Assembly: GCA_964016885.1 (NCBI GenBank)
Contig: CAXHJY010000562.1
Coordinates: 798-64,797, forward strand
Direction of reading: 5' to 3'
DNA: 64,000 nt
Source: Eledone cirrhosa
Lineage: Eukaryota
In this document: piece by piece, positions 37,091 to 51,018 of the stretch
Layout: each line of letters starts with the position of its first letter
How positions within the stretch are numbered: position 1 is the stretch's first letter
Position numbers and translations under genes: made by a program
The notes under the pieces: generated by a model
Seen by the model: the letters and a program-made list of their open reading frames with translations, nothing else
Database searches by the model: none
What the model was told of the DNA's origin: nothing

Positions 37091-37682
37091 GATTTTAGAG
37101 AAACATATAAAGACTACTGTTTATTCAAATAACCCTCGTTCTATGAGAAGACTGGGGGGGGGGGGGTAGCTTATGTGATTTAGGTGTAACAGGAAAAATG
37201 GCTGCAAAACGTATTTCTAGAATTTCAGAATTGCATCGTTTGTAAACGTAATTGCAGTAGACAGAAAATAACGATTTCAAGAATATATCTATTTAAAAAT
37301 GTATCAAATTCTTTCACAGATTAATTCTATCATTATATAGAAAAAAGTTATACAAATTTAAAATCTCACAAGGATTCTATAATGACCCTCTGTGTGTGTG
37401 TGTGTGTAAACCAACTACAGTGATTTGGTTTTCTGTATTTTCTTTATCAAACTAAATTTATCCATAAAATGTCGACTTTATTCTAGATATGTAGCTATCG
37501 ACCTTCAGATTCCTATTGGGAATCGTGTTTTTGTTGTTATAGACACATAGGTAATTAGATAGACACTTAGGTATGTGTGTGTGTGTATATATATAAACAA
37601 GAAGTATAAGTCAACAAGTTAGAATTAACTTCGTTTATTCATAGTCACTATTATATTTCGGTGATAACCGTTATGCAACAGC

Positions 37683-37747
37683 TATACAAAACATCTTATA
37701 CAAAACATCTTATACAAAACATCTTATACAAAACATCTCATACAAAA
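37683..37747. repeat. 14-bp tandem repeat x4
   Basis: (TACAAAACATCTTA)n. Confidence 0.85.
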
Positions 37748-37959
37748 TCACTGAGAGGTAGATCCCAGTAAAGTAATCTAAAATAAGAACATTTTACAAA
37801 CATCTTTCCCTGGGGATAGTCTTAGTTTAGCAATCTAAAGCTAGGTCTCACTAAATTCCTTTACGTCAGTTTCTAAGATCAAGAAACAGTACTGACTATC
37901 CCAATAGCTTGACGCAGTCCATCCTGCCGGAAAATCTTTTCCTCAGGATTTCTGTAAGG

Positions 37960-38109
37960 CAGTGGTTTCCAAAGTGGGTTCCACAAATGAGTGTCTGGGG
38001 TTCAATGAAAAAGGTAGTGAAGTATATTTATATTATGACCATATAACAGTATTAGACTTTGGGGTTCCCCAAAAAGGGTTCTGTGTTTGTTAAAGTTTAG
38101 GAAACCCTG
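37960..38109. mobile_element. hAT (Charlie/MER5-like) MITE with 8-bp TSD
   Basis: TIRs CAGTGGTTTCC / GGAAACCCTG; perfect TSD CTGTAAGG at 37952-37959 and 38110-38117. Confidence 0.9.
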
Positions 38110-39044
38110 CTGTAAGGTATAAAAAAAATTATATAAACCTGTTGAGTGATGGGAGTTCATCTTCATCAATCTTTGATGGTACAAAAAAAAAAGAAAATTA
38201 CAAGCATGCGTAGATCTAGTAACGAGGTAAATATTTGAATATATGAACAAAGTGACGAGTCTAAATTGCCGTTAGAAATAAGTCAATATAAACCGTTTAT
38301 CAACTTGACATTTAAAGAGCAGCAAATATCATAGATGAGAGGTAGACAAACACACAGGATGGGTAAATAGATATATAGATAGTTATGTTTGCCAAAGATA
38401 GGTAGGTAGAACATAGGTAGGTAGCTATAGATAGTCGTTCTACTGCTGACCAACTCGTGAGAAAGGTAGGGACAAAAATATGAAATTATTAATTCCCAAA
38501 CAAACGTAACACAATGTGGTTGCCACATAATTCATGTCTTTTATTATAATAATGTTTTTTGACAGCAACAGTAGATATTTATATTTAACTATAGAATTGT
38601 ACAAGGTATATAATATACAGACATGTCAACTCTCCCTGTCCGAAATGGAAATTTGTAATAGTCTTTATGTGTGAGAGATTTCTTGTGAAAATGGGTTTAG
38701 CTTTCATTATATAAAATCTCCCCATTTTGCCTCATTTCTCCCCATTTCTCCCCATTTTGGAGTACTTTTTTTTTCATGGTACTCCCCTTTTAGAGGTTGG
38801 CAGGTATGAATATATTTCATGTATTTGAAATACTTGTATGACAAACGTGAGGTAAGTATTATATATAATAAAATAATATACACGCTATTATTTGAGTTAA
38901 AGTTTCCCCTGAGGAAAATATTGTGGTCTACCAATAATATTGTGTGTGTCTGTGTATACAAACGAAAACAGTCATCCATACATTTTGGATAGTATATATA
39001 GGTTGGTCACTCGAGCAGACATTACTTCATGTCATTGGCACTAA

Positions 39045-39332
39045 AGTGTGTGTCTTACTCTTCTGGTGTCCTCGGCCCTAGGGCTACCTCCCTACTCACC
39101 ACCATAGGTGCTGAGCTGGCCAGCCGCAGGTGTGAGCCTTGCGAGTTTCAATGGCTCTTCCAGCGCATCTCCCTTACCATCCTCCGGGGAAACGCCTTCT
39201 CCATTCTGTCCACCGGGGCTGTAGAGAGGCCACAAACATGATTACTTAACCCTTTCCTTACCATATTTCTAATGGCAAACAATATGAACTGAAATATAAT
39301 CCTTCCGGTGTCCTCTTGTCAGTTAACACTCG

Positions 39333-39335
<3 letters not shown>
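39045..39335 (+). mobile_element. CRE-like (restriction-like endonuclease) non-LTR 3' end
   Basis: GVLGPRA..LL..IG..L...EP.EFQWLFQRISLTILRGNAFSIL, the typical CRE C-terminus (QRIS..I.RGNA); followed by a short UTR and (TA)n. Confidence 0.8.
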
Positions 39336-39387
<52 letters not shown>

Positions 39388-39686
39388 TTTCCGTTCTCTC
39401 TCTAAAGACGCACATATTTAGGGAGAAGCTCTCTTGTACTCGTAGGCTTTACTAGTACTCTAATCAACGGAGTAGAGTACACATGATTTCATCAATTGAA
39501 ACAGTCAGTATTTTCCTAGTTTAGTACACACAAATCCACGACTAAGCTCGTACATAGGAAATGTCAGGATAATGCCTATTTTATCTAGGAATTGTAATGA
39601 ATTCCGTGTGTATGTACATACATTATTCTGTGTACTATACATGCACCTTTGATGAGTTGTAGTGCACCTGAGCACTGTACACACTA

Positions 39687-39740
<54 letters not shown>

Positions 39741-39928
39741 TTTTACAGGACTAGAACTGTTTCATTCGGATAAAATCATTACGGATATTCCTGATGATTG
39801 TATGTCATATCTCTCTTTCTCTATAATAAAAATGCCTATACTCTACCAATGTATTGAGTACCTTTCTTAACTGTGGTTATCCCTCGACACAGCTCGAGAA
39901 TCTACATACATATATGTTACTATAGATA

Positions 39929-40025
39929 CAGGGTGTCCCCCCAAAAATGTATACACAATTTGATTACATGTACAGGCAATATTTATTAGATTGCTGTTGG
40001 AGTTTGTATACACTTTTTGGGACAC

Positions 40026-40029
<4 letters not shown>
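39929..40029. mobile_element. Tc1/mariner-type MITE (~100 bp)
   Basis: TA-CAGGGTGTCCC..GTATACA / TGTATAC..GGGACACCCTG; second copy at 43939. Confidence 0.85.
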
Positions 40030-40079
<50 letters not shown>

Positions 40080-40929
40080 GTGTTTTCGTGGAATTGAATT
40101 AAAATTCTTAAACAAATTTTCCAATCAGGCCTTTTGTTGTTGTTCATGGGAAATGGGCGTTAAACGATGATATATATATAAATAGTAATCTTCGCTTTCA
40201 AAAACGTTTGAAAAATATGCATTGTTATGTGGGAAGCCTACAAAGGAGTGGTGGTGGATTAAACTGTAGTTTTGATGTTTTAAAAAGGGTTTTAGCTCAA
40301 GTTATAAAATACCAGGAATGTATTGGTGTGGTGAAAATAAGTTTATTCTATAATGTCTATAAGATTACAGAACTAAATATTCAAAACCAGGCAGTCAATA
40401 TATACAAGTATTGTTTAGGAAAAAAAAAAATAGTAGAATTGGTGGCAGCAATTTATCTTTACGTTATATTCATGATTTACAGAAAATTGAATCTACTTAA
40501 CACGGATTTTGCACACTTGAATAATAAAAAAAAGTGTTTTTCATAATTAAATTAATTATTGTCGAAAATAATAATTTATCGGAAATATTAAATTTTGCAA
40601 TCAACAAACTGTAGTTTCATCACAAACTGACTACAATTAAAACATGGCAGGATTTCAAAGTTAATCTAAAGTCTGCTGCTGTTGTCATCGTTTAACCCTC
40701 AAGTCAACTGTAATCGTACAGTTCTATGACCAAAGGAATTCTAGCTATGATTATCCCATTTTTATTTCAGTTACAGTGTATCTATGAATATATTAAACTT
40801 TTCTTTTTCTTAAGACTGTGTGGTATGGTGCAATTTGTGGGAGTTTCAGCTGTTATATCTAGCTGATCAAATGACCATGTAGAAGTTCACAATGTTAAAC
40901 CGAAAAATATTTGATAATGATTATTGCGA

Positions 40930-41170
40930 ATACAAGCGGTGGAAATGGGGTCCTTCCGAAGGGTCTTTGGAGTAACGTTACTTGATACATTGTGTAGTTC
41001 GGAGATAGAGTTGCTCCAGGTAGAGCTGCTACAGCTCTGATAATTTGGGTGTGTAGTTAGAATGTCTCAGGAAAGAATTGCTGGACAGATTTTATGGGCA
41101 AAACCAACTAGCAGAAGACCCAGGGGTATAACCTGAGCAAGATGGTTGGATAACATCCATGAGCTCGGCT
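40930..41170 (+). mobile_element. Old RTE LINE C-terminal fragment
   Basis: GAATGTCTCAGGAAAGAATTGCTGGACAGATTTTATGGGCAAAACCAACT homologous to 26.2-26.4 kb (-). Confidence 0.7.
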
Positions 41171-42491
41171 CATCATAAAGTGGGACACACTACCAAAAAA
41201 ATTCAAGGCAATTTTAAAATTAGGCTTGCCATTCAGAAAGCCTAAGGAGCCTCAGTTTGTTGATGATTGGAATATAGAATAAGGAAAGTATTATGTTCAC
41301 CTTCTTCATCTACACGAGGAAGGAGCCCCGTGGGGTGGCTGCTGCAGTGGCTGTCTCTGGCCATTCTCTTTAGTAATACTTTTGCCATTTTGTCCACTAA
41401 GCACAACTGATGTAGTTACTGTCCCTCTCCTTCTCCCTTTCTTTTGCTGCTTGATTCTCTTTTCTTTTTCTCCTTTTCATTTTCTTTTTTCTTCTTCCTT
41501 TTCTGTTCCCCTTATTAGTATTGTTTTGTTTTTATTAGTTACTGCTCAATTATTGTTATATAATGTCAATGGCCTTTTTATGACATTGTAAAATGTATAT
41601 TGAATAAATTAACAATTTCTCTCATAGGGCACTATAGTTCAGTTGTTTTACATTAGGCCATACCTGATTTAGCTGAGCTATGGTCAAATGCATTCCAGTC
41701 AGGATTATCCTGTCTTTTGGTATATCTAAGACTTTGTGTTCTTTCATTTTTTAAAAGATGTTAGGGTGGAGGTTCTCACTAATTTGCTTTTTTTAAATAT
41801 TGTATTCACCTGTTTTAGTCAACTACCAAATACTATATCATGCAAAAATAAATAAATTGCCATTTTAACCCTTTTGTGACCATATTTCTGATGAAATACA
41901 CTCTATCTCAATTAATTAATGAAGAATTTTGATAGATTTAATAAAATTAATAAATATTTCATTACTAAATTTGTAACTTAACATATCGTTATTAAATACA
42001 ATTGTTAGATTTTAATTCTAATAGGAACTAATATCCGCATTGGGATTTGAACTCAAATTGGAGAGAGTCAGAGCAAATACCACAAATACATTAACAGCAA
42101 GACTCCTCAATCAATTTTGACAATTAACCTTCTTGATACCATTTTGAGCCAAGTTGGTATCAAGAGAGTTAATTGCCAATATTGAACGAGAAGTCTTGTT
42201 GTAAATGTGGTTTTTAGTCTCTCTACACTTTGAGTTTCAAATCTTCATGTGGTTAACTTTGCCTTTCATTCTTTTGGGGTTAAAGAATTGTTAAAGCATC
42301 ATACAGGATACCTTATCATATCCAGTCAAGCTCTTTGTATTCTGAGTTCAAGCTCCCGGCTTCTCAACTTGAGAAAAGTGATTATGCTTCTTTCAGAAGT
42401 TTCGACTGACAGATATTACCAGTAATGGAAAGACCAATGGAAACAGTTTCCTTGATTCAATCTGGAAGATTCTCTTTTTTTTTATATTTTA

Positions 42492-43016
42492 CTAGCAGTA
42501 AAGCCCGGCGTTGCTCGGGGTCGCTCAGTAGCTGTGTTAAAGTTACAATGTTAAGTTTCTTTTTTGGCTTAAAAACTGTAGTGTCTACTGTGCAGACTTG
42601 CATGTGGTGTTTTTGATTAATATTCCCTCAACCAACAATATGCCTTATGAAGTTAAGAAAACAACGATAACCCGAATGTTATAACAAAAGAGGATGCTGG
42701 GGATAAAAACTGCACTGGTTATTTATTAACAAAGATCGAAAATGTAAACACTGCAACGCAGAGAAAAACAACGTAAGACGCTCAATGTAAACAGAACAAA
42801 GGGAAATAACTCGTCACTTACGCTCAAAAATCGATACATTAGATTCGATTTCGTCACATAGGGTGGGTCAATTTGAAATATTTTTTTTCCGATGTCTTCG
42901 CTAGGGCTCAATGTACAAGTATAGCAATTTCGGTGCAATTCTGTCAGAGATTCTAAGAGGAGATGTGTGCCAAAAATCGATAGACAGACAGACAACCACA
43001 GCTTTATATATATAGA
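42492..43016 (-). mobile_element. Non-autonomous Helitron
   Basis: Minus strand begins TCTATATATATAAAGC, ends with hairpin CCCGAGCAACGCCGGG then CTAG; inserted between A and T. Confidence 0.85.
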
Positions 43017-43029
43017 TTAGCTGTTATAG

Positions 43030-43290
43030 GCTGTGGCCTTAAAGGGATTTAATTGATCATATCAACCCCAGTACTTAGTTTCAAGTCTGATTACATAGAT
43101 TATTGGTCTTTTTATTGAACACTAAGTTATGGTACACACACACTCACTCATTTTCTCTCTCACAAAATGGACTTCTGCATCTTCTACCTACCAAAGTTCA
43201 CTCCTGTTGCATAGATCATCTCTAAGCTAGTAGAAGATACTTGTCCAAGGTGCCGTGTAATGGAAGTGAACCAAACACCTTAACCACACA
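43030..43290 (-). mobile_element. SINE family C, degenerate
   Basis: TAGTAGAAGATACTTGTCCAAGGTGCC..GAACC..TAACCACACA on the + strand. Confidence 0.65.
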
Positions 43291-43305
43291 TGCCTGTGCT
43301 TATTT

Positions 43306-43497
43306 GGAGGTCAGCTGAAAAGTTCTTAGGCTGATTATGAAAGAGTGATGCTAGAGCTGTGAAATCTTGCATGCATTACTTTCAACTCTTCTTATAACTG
43401 CATTGTTTCTTTCCAGTGAATATGTTGAAAATTAAACTTCATTTGGTCATTCCATGAGAGTATCTTGGTCACCCTATGAACTTTTCAGCTGACCCGT
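43306..43497. mobile_element. Mariner-type MITE
   Basis: 17-bp perfect TIR core GGTCAGCTGAAAAGTTC / GAACTTTTCAGCTGACC. Confidence 0.75.
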
Positions 43498-43499
43498 GT

Positions 43500-43611
43500 G
43501 TGTACACATACATGCACACACAGACACAGACAGACGCAGACGCTGACACACACAGACACACACACACACAGACAGACAGACACACAGGCACGCAGACACA
43601 GACGCAGACAT

Positions 43612-43646
<35 letters not shown>

Positions 43647-43836
43647 GGCACAGGCACACACACAAAGGCACAGGCACACAGACACAGACAGACAGACAGA
43701 CACACACAGACAGACACACACGGACAGACACACACGGACAGACAGACACAGACAGACAGACACAGACAGACAGACACAGACAGACAGACACAGACAGACA
43801 GACACAGACACAGACAGACAGACAGACAGACAGACA
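43500..43836. repeat. Compound (CA)n/(GACA)n microsatellite
   Basis: Direct inspection. Confidence 0.95.
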
Positions 43837-43938
43837 ATAGTTGAAACAGAAAAACCCCAAAAAACGAGGAAGTGAAGAGGCAGTACAAAATGTTAATATT
43901 AGTTTCACATTTGAGAGTGGGGTATATATATATATACA

Positions 43939-44041
43939 CAGTGTGTTCCCCAAAAAATGTATACACACTTCAACAGCATTCTAATAAATATTGCCTGTAC
44001 AGGTAATCAAAGTATGTATACATTTTTTGGGGGACACCCTG
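43939..44041. mobile_element. Tc1/mariner MITE, inverted relative to the 39929 copy
   Basis: Same internal sequence in reverse complement; ends GGGACACCCTG-TA. Confidence 0.85.
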
Positions 44042-45315
44042 TATGTATTTATGTGTATATATGTATATTCAGAATATTTCGATGCTAGCTGCCAGCATTT
44101 GCCAATGAGGGTTTCGTGCTTAAGGCTAGCAATTTACTAGGTGGGGTGGGAGTTAAGTCAAATATATCAACATCTGTACTTAACTTGTATTTTATTTAAT
44201 CAGCCTTGAAAAGATGGTCAAAATTGGCTTCAGCTGGAATTGAAATTAGACTGTAAATATCTGAAACAAACACCACAAAACATTTTATTATATTTGTTCA
44301 ACACTCTAACAACTAATGAGAGCTTAAGTTCTACATAACACACACATTGTATGTCTGTGTAAAAATAAATATTTAATTCTATACATATGTCCTTTATAAG
44401 CACTCACAGACAAGCAATGAAGTGACAGGTGTAAAGAGAAGTATTGCATGTGTAAAATGTTTATATAATAATATCATGAGAGAAAGAACTTGACCTCAGA
44501 AATTCACCTCAAATTAACCTGTTTCATATATATATATATCTGTGTGTGTCTGTATTATGAAAACAAGTGATGAGTTGTCAATCAAATATATTTATACAGT
44601 CTGTTTAAAAGAGTAAGAAGCCAAACATGATGTCAACTATCATGTCATATATTCTTAGAAAGAAATATACTAAGCCCAGTAATATGGTTATTTGTTTCTG
44701 CTAACTTCACTGTGGATAAAATGATTATGTATTCATTTTTCGGGTTGGATGGTATTCTCTTTCGAACATGTTTCTCCTGTTGGTTTGTAGTTCATTAAAA
44801 AAGACATTGCCTACCTCTTGGTACTAATTTTCTATTTCATAATGTGCATTTTCTCATGTTTCCATTGCAAATTGGCAGTTGTTAGAGCCATAGAGTATTT
44901 ATTCAGGCTTTCAGCAATCTGAGTTCATATCTTATTGAAGTCAACCTTGCCTTTCATACTTTGAGTGGATAAATTAAAGTAAAAATTAATAACAGACAAA
45001 AGACAATTGAAGAGATTCATTATTGTAGAACTAGTGAGTGCAAATCCTAGTGTGGTTTATTTGGTGAACTTAATCCACTTTACACTAATACCATGTACAA
45101 GGGTGTCTTTAACTGAGTCCACTCTGAAGGAAACATTAAGACCATGTCTTCTGTTTGAGGATATCTTCCCCACTTTATGCACAACCATCTCAGAGGCCCT
45201 AAAAAGGGTCAATGTCATTACACTTCCCCACCCAATCAAAAGAAAAAATAATACAAAAATAATCAAACCAACTTATAATATTCTCTATATTTCACCATTT
45301 ACCATGCTGGCATGA

Positions 45316-45520
45316 ATTTAGCATTTACATTACACTATTTACTATTGTATTTTTATGGAAAAGGCTTTACCTCACATAATATCGAATCTGTGAGATTTTA
45401 ATATCTATTTTGAGAACAATACCTTGACATCAGTATGAACTGCTTGTTACAACCAGTTTGAACAGAAAGAGGTGAGAGAATTCTGGCCAGATACAGCCGG
45501 TATAAATGCTAAATAATTAA
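45316..45520 (+). mobile_element. piggyBac-like MITE, degenerate
   Basis: Homologous to the 47928 and 50573 copies. Confidence 0.75.
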
Positions 45521-46773
45521 GAGTGGATGATTTTTAGAATCCCATCTTGCTCACACATTCCATTTTTGGCATGGTATCTACAGCCAAATACTTTCCCTGA
45601 CACCATCCTCTTTACAGAACATGCTGGGTCTTTTCTAAAGTGGCCCCAGCACTGCAAAGAAACAAGAATTTAAAAAAAGATTTCAGTTGCTAACATTTTT
45701 CTTATTGGTTTGTGATTGAAAAAATGTTTTTTAGTATTTCTGGCTACTAATTAACTCCTTGATAAGGTGTGAATTTTCTCATTTTGCCATGCTTCCAGTA
45801 TTGTTAATACTTCCTTTTTGGAGCTCTTTCTCCTCCTCGCCTCTTCAACACTACTTTTAATCAACTGGCGTTCCATTTGACATTGAACACAGACCAGTCT
45901 ACTTCTGTCTGTCAATCAATCCGTCAATCTCTCACCATTCCTTTTGTGCAGCTCTTTTTAAAGTTATTATTGTTGGCAATTTATATCTGTGTTGGTTTTT
46001 ATTTTATTTTTCATGCTGGCATTGATATTGATTGGCTGGCTTACTGGTTCTCTTATCTAGTTCTACAATATTGAATCTCTTCGATTGTCTTTTGTCTGTT
46101 ATTAATTCTTCTGTCATGTCTAATAATAACTCCATTCCATATATTTCTTGACCTAACACACTACCTCAGCCTTCCATACAGCCATCAGCTTTTAATCTTA
46201 TTAACCTTTTCTCTATGACTTCTCTAACTTAGCATTGTCCCAGCTATTATTGAAACAGCTAGTTTTATGTCTTTCAGGTTATTAAAACTACCAGACTGTC
46301 ACTCCCAATCGAGTATGACTTGGTAGTGTTAACCAGGCTTTCATTTCTGCCCATGCAGTCACAAGCAACCACAGATACCCTCTCAGCCCACTCTTTCTTG
46401 ATCCAGTTGAACACCTAAGATGTGATAGCTGGAAGGGAAGGTTACATAAGTTCTAGGCTAATATTTTCTTCATCAAACCCCAAAAGATGAAAGGCAACAT
46501 AGACCTTGGCAGGATTTGAATTCAAAGTACAACAGAGCAGGAATGAACACCCAACTCTAGCGACCCTGCCAAATTAACATCTTCAGCATATACTTATCTA
46601 CATTATATAAAGTTTTCCGATTTTATTTTTCCTCAGACCGCTACATTAGGCTACATGCCTTCACTATTTTTCCTGATATATCATCATCATAATCATCGTT
46701 TAACGTCCATTTTTCCCATGCTTGTCCTGCTGTGAGCAATGCCAGGTCAGGTGACCATGTCTTGCTCGTACAG

Positions 46774-46811
<38 letters not shown>

Positions 46812-47383
46812 CGTGGGACCCCATTTTCTCATAATACAGAAAGATGGGGAGGGCAAGAGAGATGGAGGTGATGACAGTGGGAGTTTGGTTCTTGTGTGTT
46901 CAGAGCTGGTGTGCAGCATCAGTTGTCTGTAAGGAGATAGTGATTCGTGAGAAAGTTATATTACTATTATCAAATAGTAAAGTTATATTACTATTATCAA
47001 ATCTTAAATTGTATCATACTCTTCACATATATGCACCATTTCTTAGAATTGTCCTTGTACTAATTCTAGTGTCCTTAATTAGGGCTGAGTAGATAATAGA
47101 AATTTATCAAAAGTTAAAATCTCATTCAAGTACATTACCACATTTCTATTGAAATACACTGTGTATGTGTTTCAATTAATTTTGAAACTAACCAAACATT
47201 TTGAGGAATTTAGTAAACATAACTAAATTTTCCTCAGGAAGCTGATACATGAAACATTATTTGACAATGTCTTACATAAAATTATGTTGGAAGGTTTTAA
47301 TAATAGTATGGGCAGTTTTATATCATAAAGCAATTGTGATTTCATGCCAAAATTTCAAAATGTGATTTGAATGTGATATTTCT

Positions 47384-47414
<31 letters not shown>

Positions 47415-47927
47415 GTTGTTGCCATTTAATGTAAAAAAGAAGAAAAAAAACTCTAGAAATAAACCAAACAAAAGCTTATGTATAATTTATAATAAAATGT
47501 TATTAATAAAATAAAATATATTTTTTATATGAAAATATGTTCTGCATTATTTTCTCAAAATTGTGTACATTTTATTGAACATATTTTATTTTTAGTTTAT
47601 TCTTTTTTTTAGTCATTTTTTTTAAAGTCATTTTTTTTTTTAGATTCAATGTATGTATTTGTGGATATGCACATATTGAAGATGTCAAAACAAACTGTAG
47701 GTGCTAGCATGGCTGTGTGGTTAAGTAGTTCACTTGGACTCAATATGAAGACGAATACAAACTATATATATGCTCTATATATTGAACATCTTGGAAGAGA
47801 TGATACTGCCATTAAAGCCAACTAGGCAGCTGACTTGAGAACAGACCTCAGAGAGGTGCATTACTAAACCTTAAGGTTCACAATTTTATACAGATTTGTA
47901 TAATCAAATATATATTTCCTGTGATCA

Positions 47928-48154
47928 TTAACCCTTTAGCATTTATATTACTCTATATATACTATTGTATTTTTGTGGTAAAGGCTTTATCTTGTATAAT
48001 TATCTCACATAGTATCGAATCTACGGGATTTTGATATTATTTATTTTGAGCACAATACCTTAACATCAGTTTGAACAGCTAGTTACAGCTGGTTTGAACA
48101 GAGAGGTGAGAGAATTCTGGACGGATACGGCCGGTTTAAATACTAAAAGGTTAA
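47928..48154 (+). mobile_element. piggyBac-like MITE (TTAA TSD)
   Basis: TTAA-CCCTTTAGCATTTA ... TAAATACTAAAAGG-TTAA. Confidence 0.88.
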
Positions 48155-48789
48155 ATAAATCACTAAACAGCTTTGTTGCATAGCAGTGTTGTGGAAATAT
48201 CCAAAGCAGTGTAGAGGTTTGCGTGGTCTTATGACCTGTAATATGATTTGGCATGTGTGAGTATGGACTGTGTTGTAGAAAATGTAGGCTTACTAATTAT
48301 TTTAGTGTCAAAAACTAGGTTTGTCAGCTTACCAAACTGTAAGTTGAAAATATTCTATTTTGGAGAAGGAGGCACACATTGTATAGTTAGCTTAGTGTGC
48401 TAAATACTCACGTGCTGGCTGTTCCTTTTGACACTCACTCCTCTTCGGATCATACTACAAGGCACATTTGCTTTGAAAAATGGAGACCATGTAGAATGGA
48501 ATGGAAAAGATTCTTTTACTCTGCAAGGGTTGGGCTGAGGAGGTAGGCTTCTTCTCTAGTGCTGATGTTATAATATATTGTGAATGGTTTGTCAATCAGA
48601 GACAACATAAATCTTGTTTTGGATATGACAACTTCTCTAATGCTGATGTCACAATAAAATGCATCCAATACACTCTATTGACTTATTGGTATTAAGACAT
48701 TCAGGCATAGAAACCATGTCAAAATTTAAGCCTTTCAATATTTAATTATCTTTTTAGTTCACTTCTGTCACTATGTTCTTTCTTATCCC

Positions 48790-49090
48790 CATAAAAATAC
48801 GTCTTCTCTTTAAAAATTGGGATTATCACTCCCGATTGCCATTGCTAAGGTGCCCTTCCAGAGATCTAGGGCACCCAGCACACACGAGTCAGCCAGAGAA
48901 TACCTTCTCTATGTAAGGTCTTAAACATCTGGGGCCAGATTTCATCTTCCCCAGCAGCTTTGTCACATTTGAGCTCTTTAAATGCTCTTGTGACCTCAGC
49001 CTCCGAGAATTTAGTCTCCGCTCTGAGATGCAGCTCGTGTACATCTGAAGTTGCTGTTGTGATCGGGTTTAGAAGACTAGCAAAGTATTC
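48790..49090 (-). mobile_element. RTE LINE internal fragment
   Basis: EYFASLLNP..SEAEVTRAFKELKCDKAAGEDEIWPQMFK..GILWLTRVC. Confidence 0.8.
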
Positions 49091-49097
49091 TGTCATC

Positions 49098-49345
49098 ATC
49101 ACTATCATTGTTGTTTTAACGTCCAATTTCCTTGCTATCAAGGGTTGGATGGCTCTACATAGACCAAGTCAGTACTGAAGCAGTGCCTACTAATCTCCCA
49201 AACAAGCCAGGGATCTGTCATTTTGCTTATGTATGCTCTCTCATTCTCCCTTGTCATGTCTTTGACACAACTGAGGTTCCTCCCAACACTTTGTTTGGCA
49301 AGCTTTCTACAACAGGATGCCCTTCCTATCACCAACCACATTACA
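49098..49345 (-). mobile_element. RTE-type 3' tail (LINE or RTE-tailed SINE)
   Basis: + strand (CAT)-like run, then TTTAACGTCC..CTTGC..GGATGCCCTTCCT..ACCAACCAC. Confidence 0.7.
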
Positions 49346-50289
49346 GTATGTACAGAGTGCGTTTATTAGTCTGTGATTTAATATTTTATTTTTGACATTT
49401 CTCACCAGTGAAACAAGATAAATCTACTCTTTCATTAGCACCCCTGATTCTACAATGGAAAACTGTTGGTTACACCCTTCCTTATAAATTCCTGAGCTTG
49501 TACTACTGTAAGAAATTATTACTAGTGGTACTACTGAAATCTAGTATCTTGTACTATTATTTTTGGTTTTAGACTTTATATTACATGAAATAATCAAAAC
49601 CTTCTATTGAAGCATTATGTTTTATTTTAATTCTTTGATATAAAGCCGGCTGAAATCGACCATGGTTCTGGGATACTGTTTGTTTTAAAGTGTTTATATT
49701 TATCTAAAACCCTTCCTTCATAATATGTAAGAACCTTTAAGTTATGCTCAAAACCAGAAAATAAACAAAGAGAATGTTATGTTACTAAATCCCTCCAAAG
49801 CAGTATTAGAAAGGACTATAAATGCCATATATGAGAGAAATAGGAGGGAAAGAGCAAGCACTACGAGATAAAGAATGAGGAAAAGGAGAGAGTGACAGAC
49901 TCTACACCTAGGTCAGAGCAGTGTTTTGGCTGCACCCAAAGACAAAATGACAAATAAATGTAAAAATAATATAGGAGAAATAAAAGAAACATTTTATAAA
50001 AAGAGAAAATTACCTAATATAGGTGTGGGTATGGCTCAGTAAATCATTGCACCATGAAAGAAATTTGGTTGACAAAAACTGTAGAATCCTATCTGCAGTA
50101 AATAGCAACCAAATCTTCCACAAATCATACAATATTGTCATGAAAAAGGATGGTACATTGAATAATGTTTACCTTTGTAAATATACTTTAGTTGATGAAA
50201 TGACATCTGACTGAGTAGCCTCCACCACCAACTAACATCTGGGTCCTGGCCGATAGGATGGAGAATACTTTGCTCTCCAGAGCAAGTTA

Positions 50290-50440
50290 TTCCCCATCCT
50301 ATGGCAAGGGAGATGCGCTGGAACAGCCACTCCACCTCGTGGGCTCGCACCTGTGAGTAACCAACTACACTCTGATAGTGAGTAGGGATGTGATCCAGGG
50401 GTCAAGAACGCTGGAAGTCTCCACTGCTGCAGGCTCTACC
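50290..50440 (-). mobile_element. CRE-like fragment, same family as 39045
   Basis: AVETSSVLDP..SLLT..RCEP/EVEWLFQRISLAI. Confidence 0.7.
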
Positions 50441-50572
50441 ACAAACCTGAGCGGCCAATGTTTATATATAAGTAGGGAACAGCTTTTCTTTCAATTATGT
50501 TATATTGGAAACATGATTCTGCTCCAGTTTGGTCTTTTTACTAAAGATTATTCATATTTACTTATTAGTTCT

Positions 50573-50802
50573 TTAACCCTTTAGCATTTACATTACTCTA
50601 TATATATACTATTGTATTTTCGCATTAAAGGCTTTATCTTGCATAATATCACACATAATATTGAATCTAGGAGATTTTGATATTATTTATTTTGAGAACA
50701 ATACCTTAACCTAAGCATGAGTGACTAGTTACAGCCAGTTTGAACAGAAAGAGGTGGGGGAATTCTGGCTGGTTATGGCCGGTTTAAATGCTAAAGGGTT
50801 AA
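50573..50802 (+). mobile_element. piggyBac-like MITE (TTAA TSD)
   Basis: TTAA-CCCTTTAGCATT ... AATGCTAAAGGG-TTAA. Confidence 0.9.
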
Positions 50803-51018
50803 GTTTAGTTTGGAACAGTAGTGTTCATAATGTCATGTGTGTATTAACATTTTAAGCCTTCATAACTCCAACTTGAGAATCAGAATGCTCATACAAGTGG
50901 CGTATTGGTCACTTGCTTAGTGGTTGTAGAGTTTCATGGGAACAGTAGATCTTGGATGATTGTAAATTTCTCAATGGTTGAAGCATGGTAGTTATTAAAA
51001 TTGGTTTTGATATGCTGT

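Noticed and set aside
43469-43968. Cys/Val- and Thr/Asp/Arg-rich ORFs
   Set aside because: (CA)/(GACA) microsatellite
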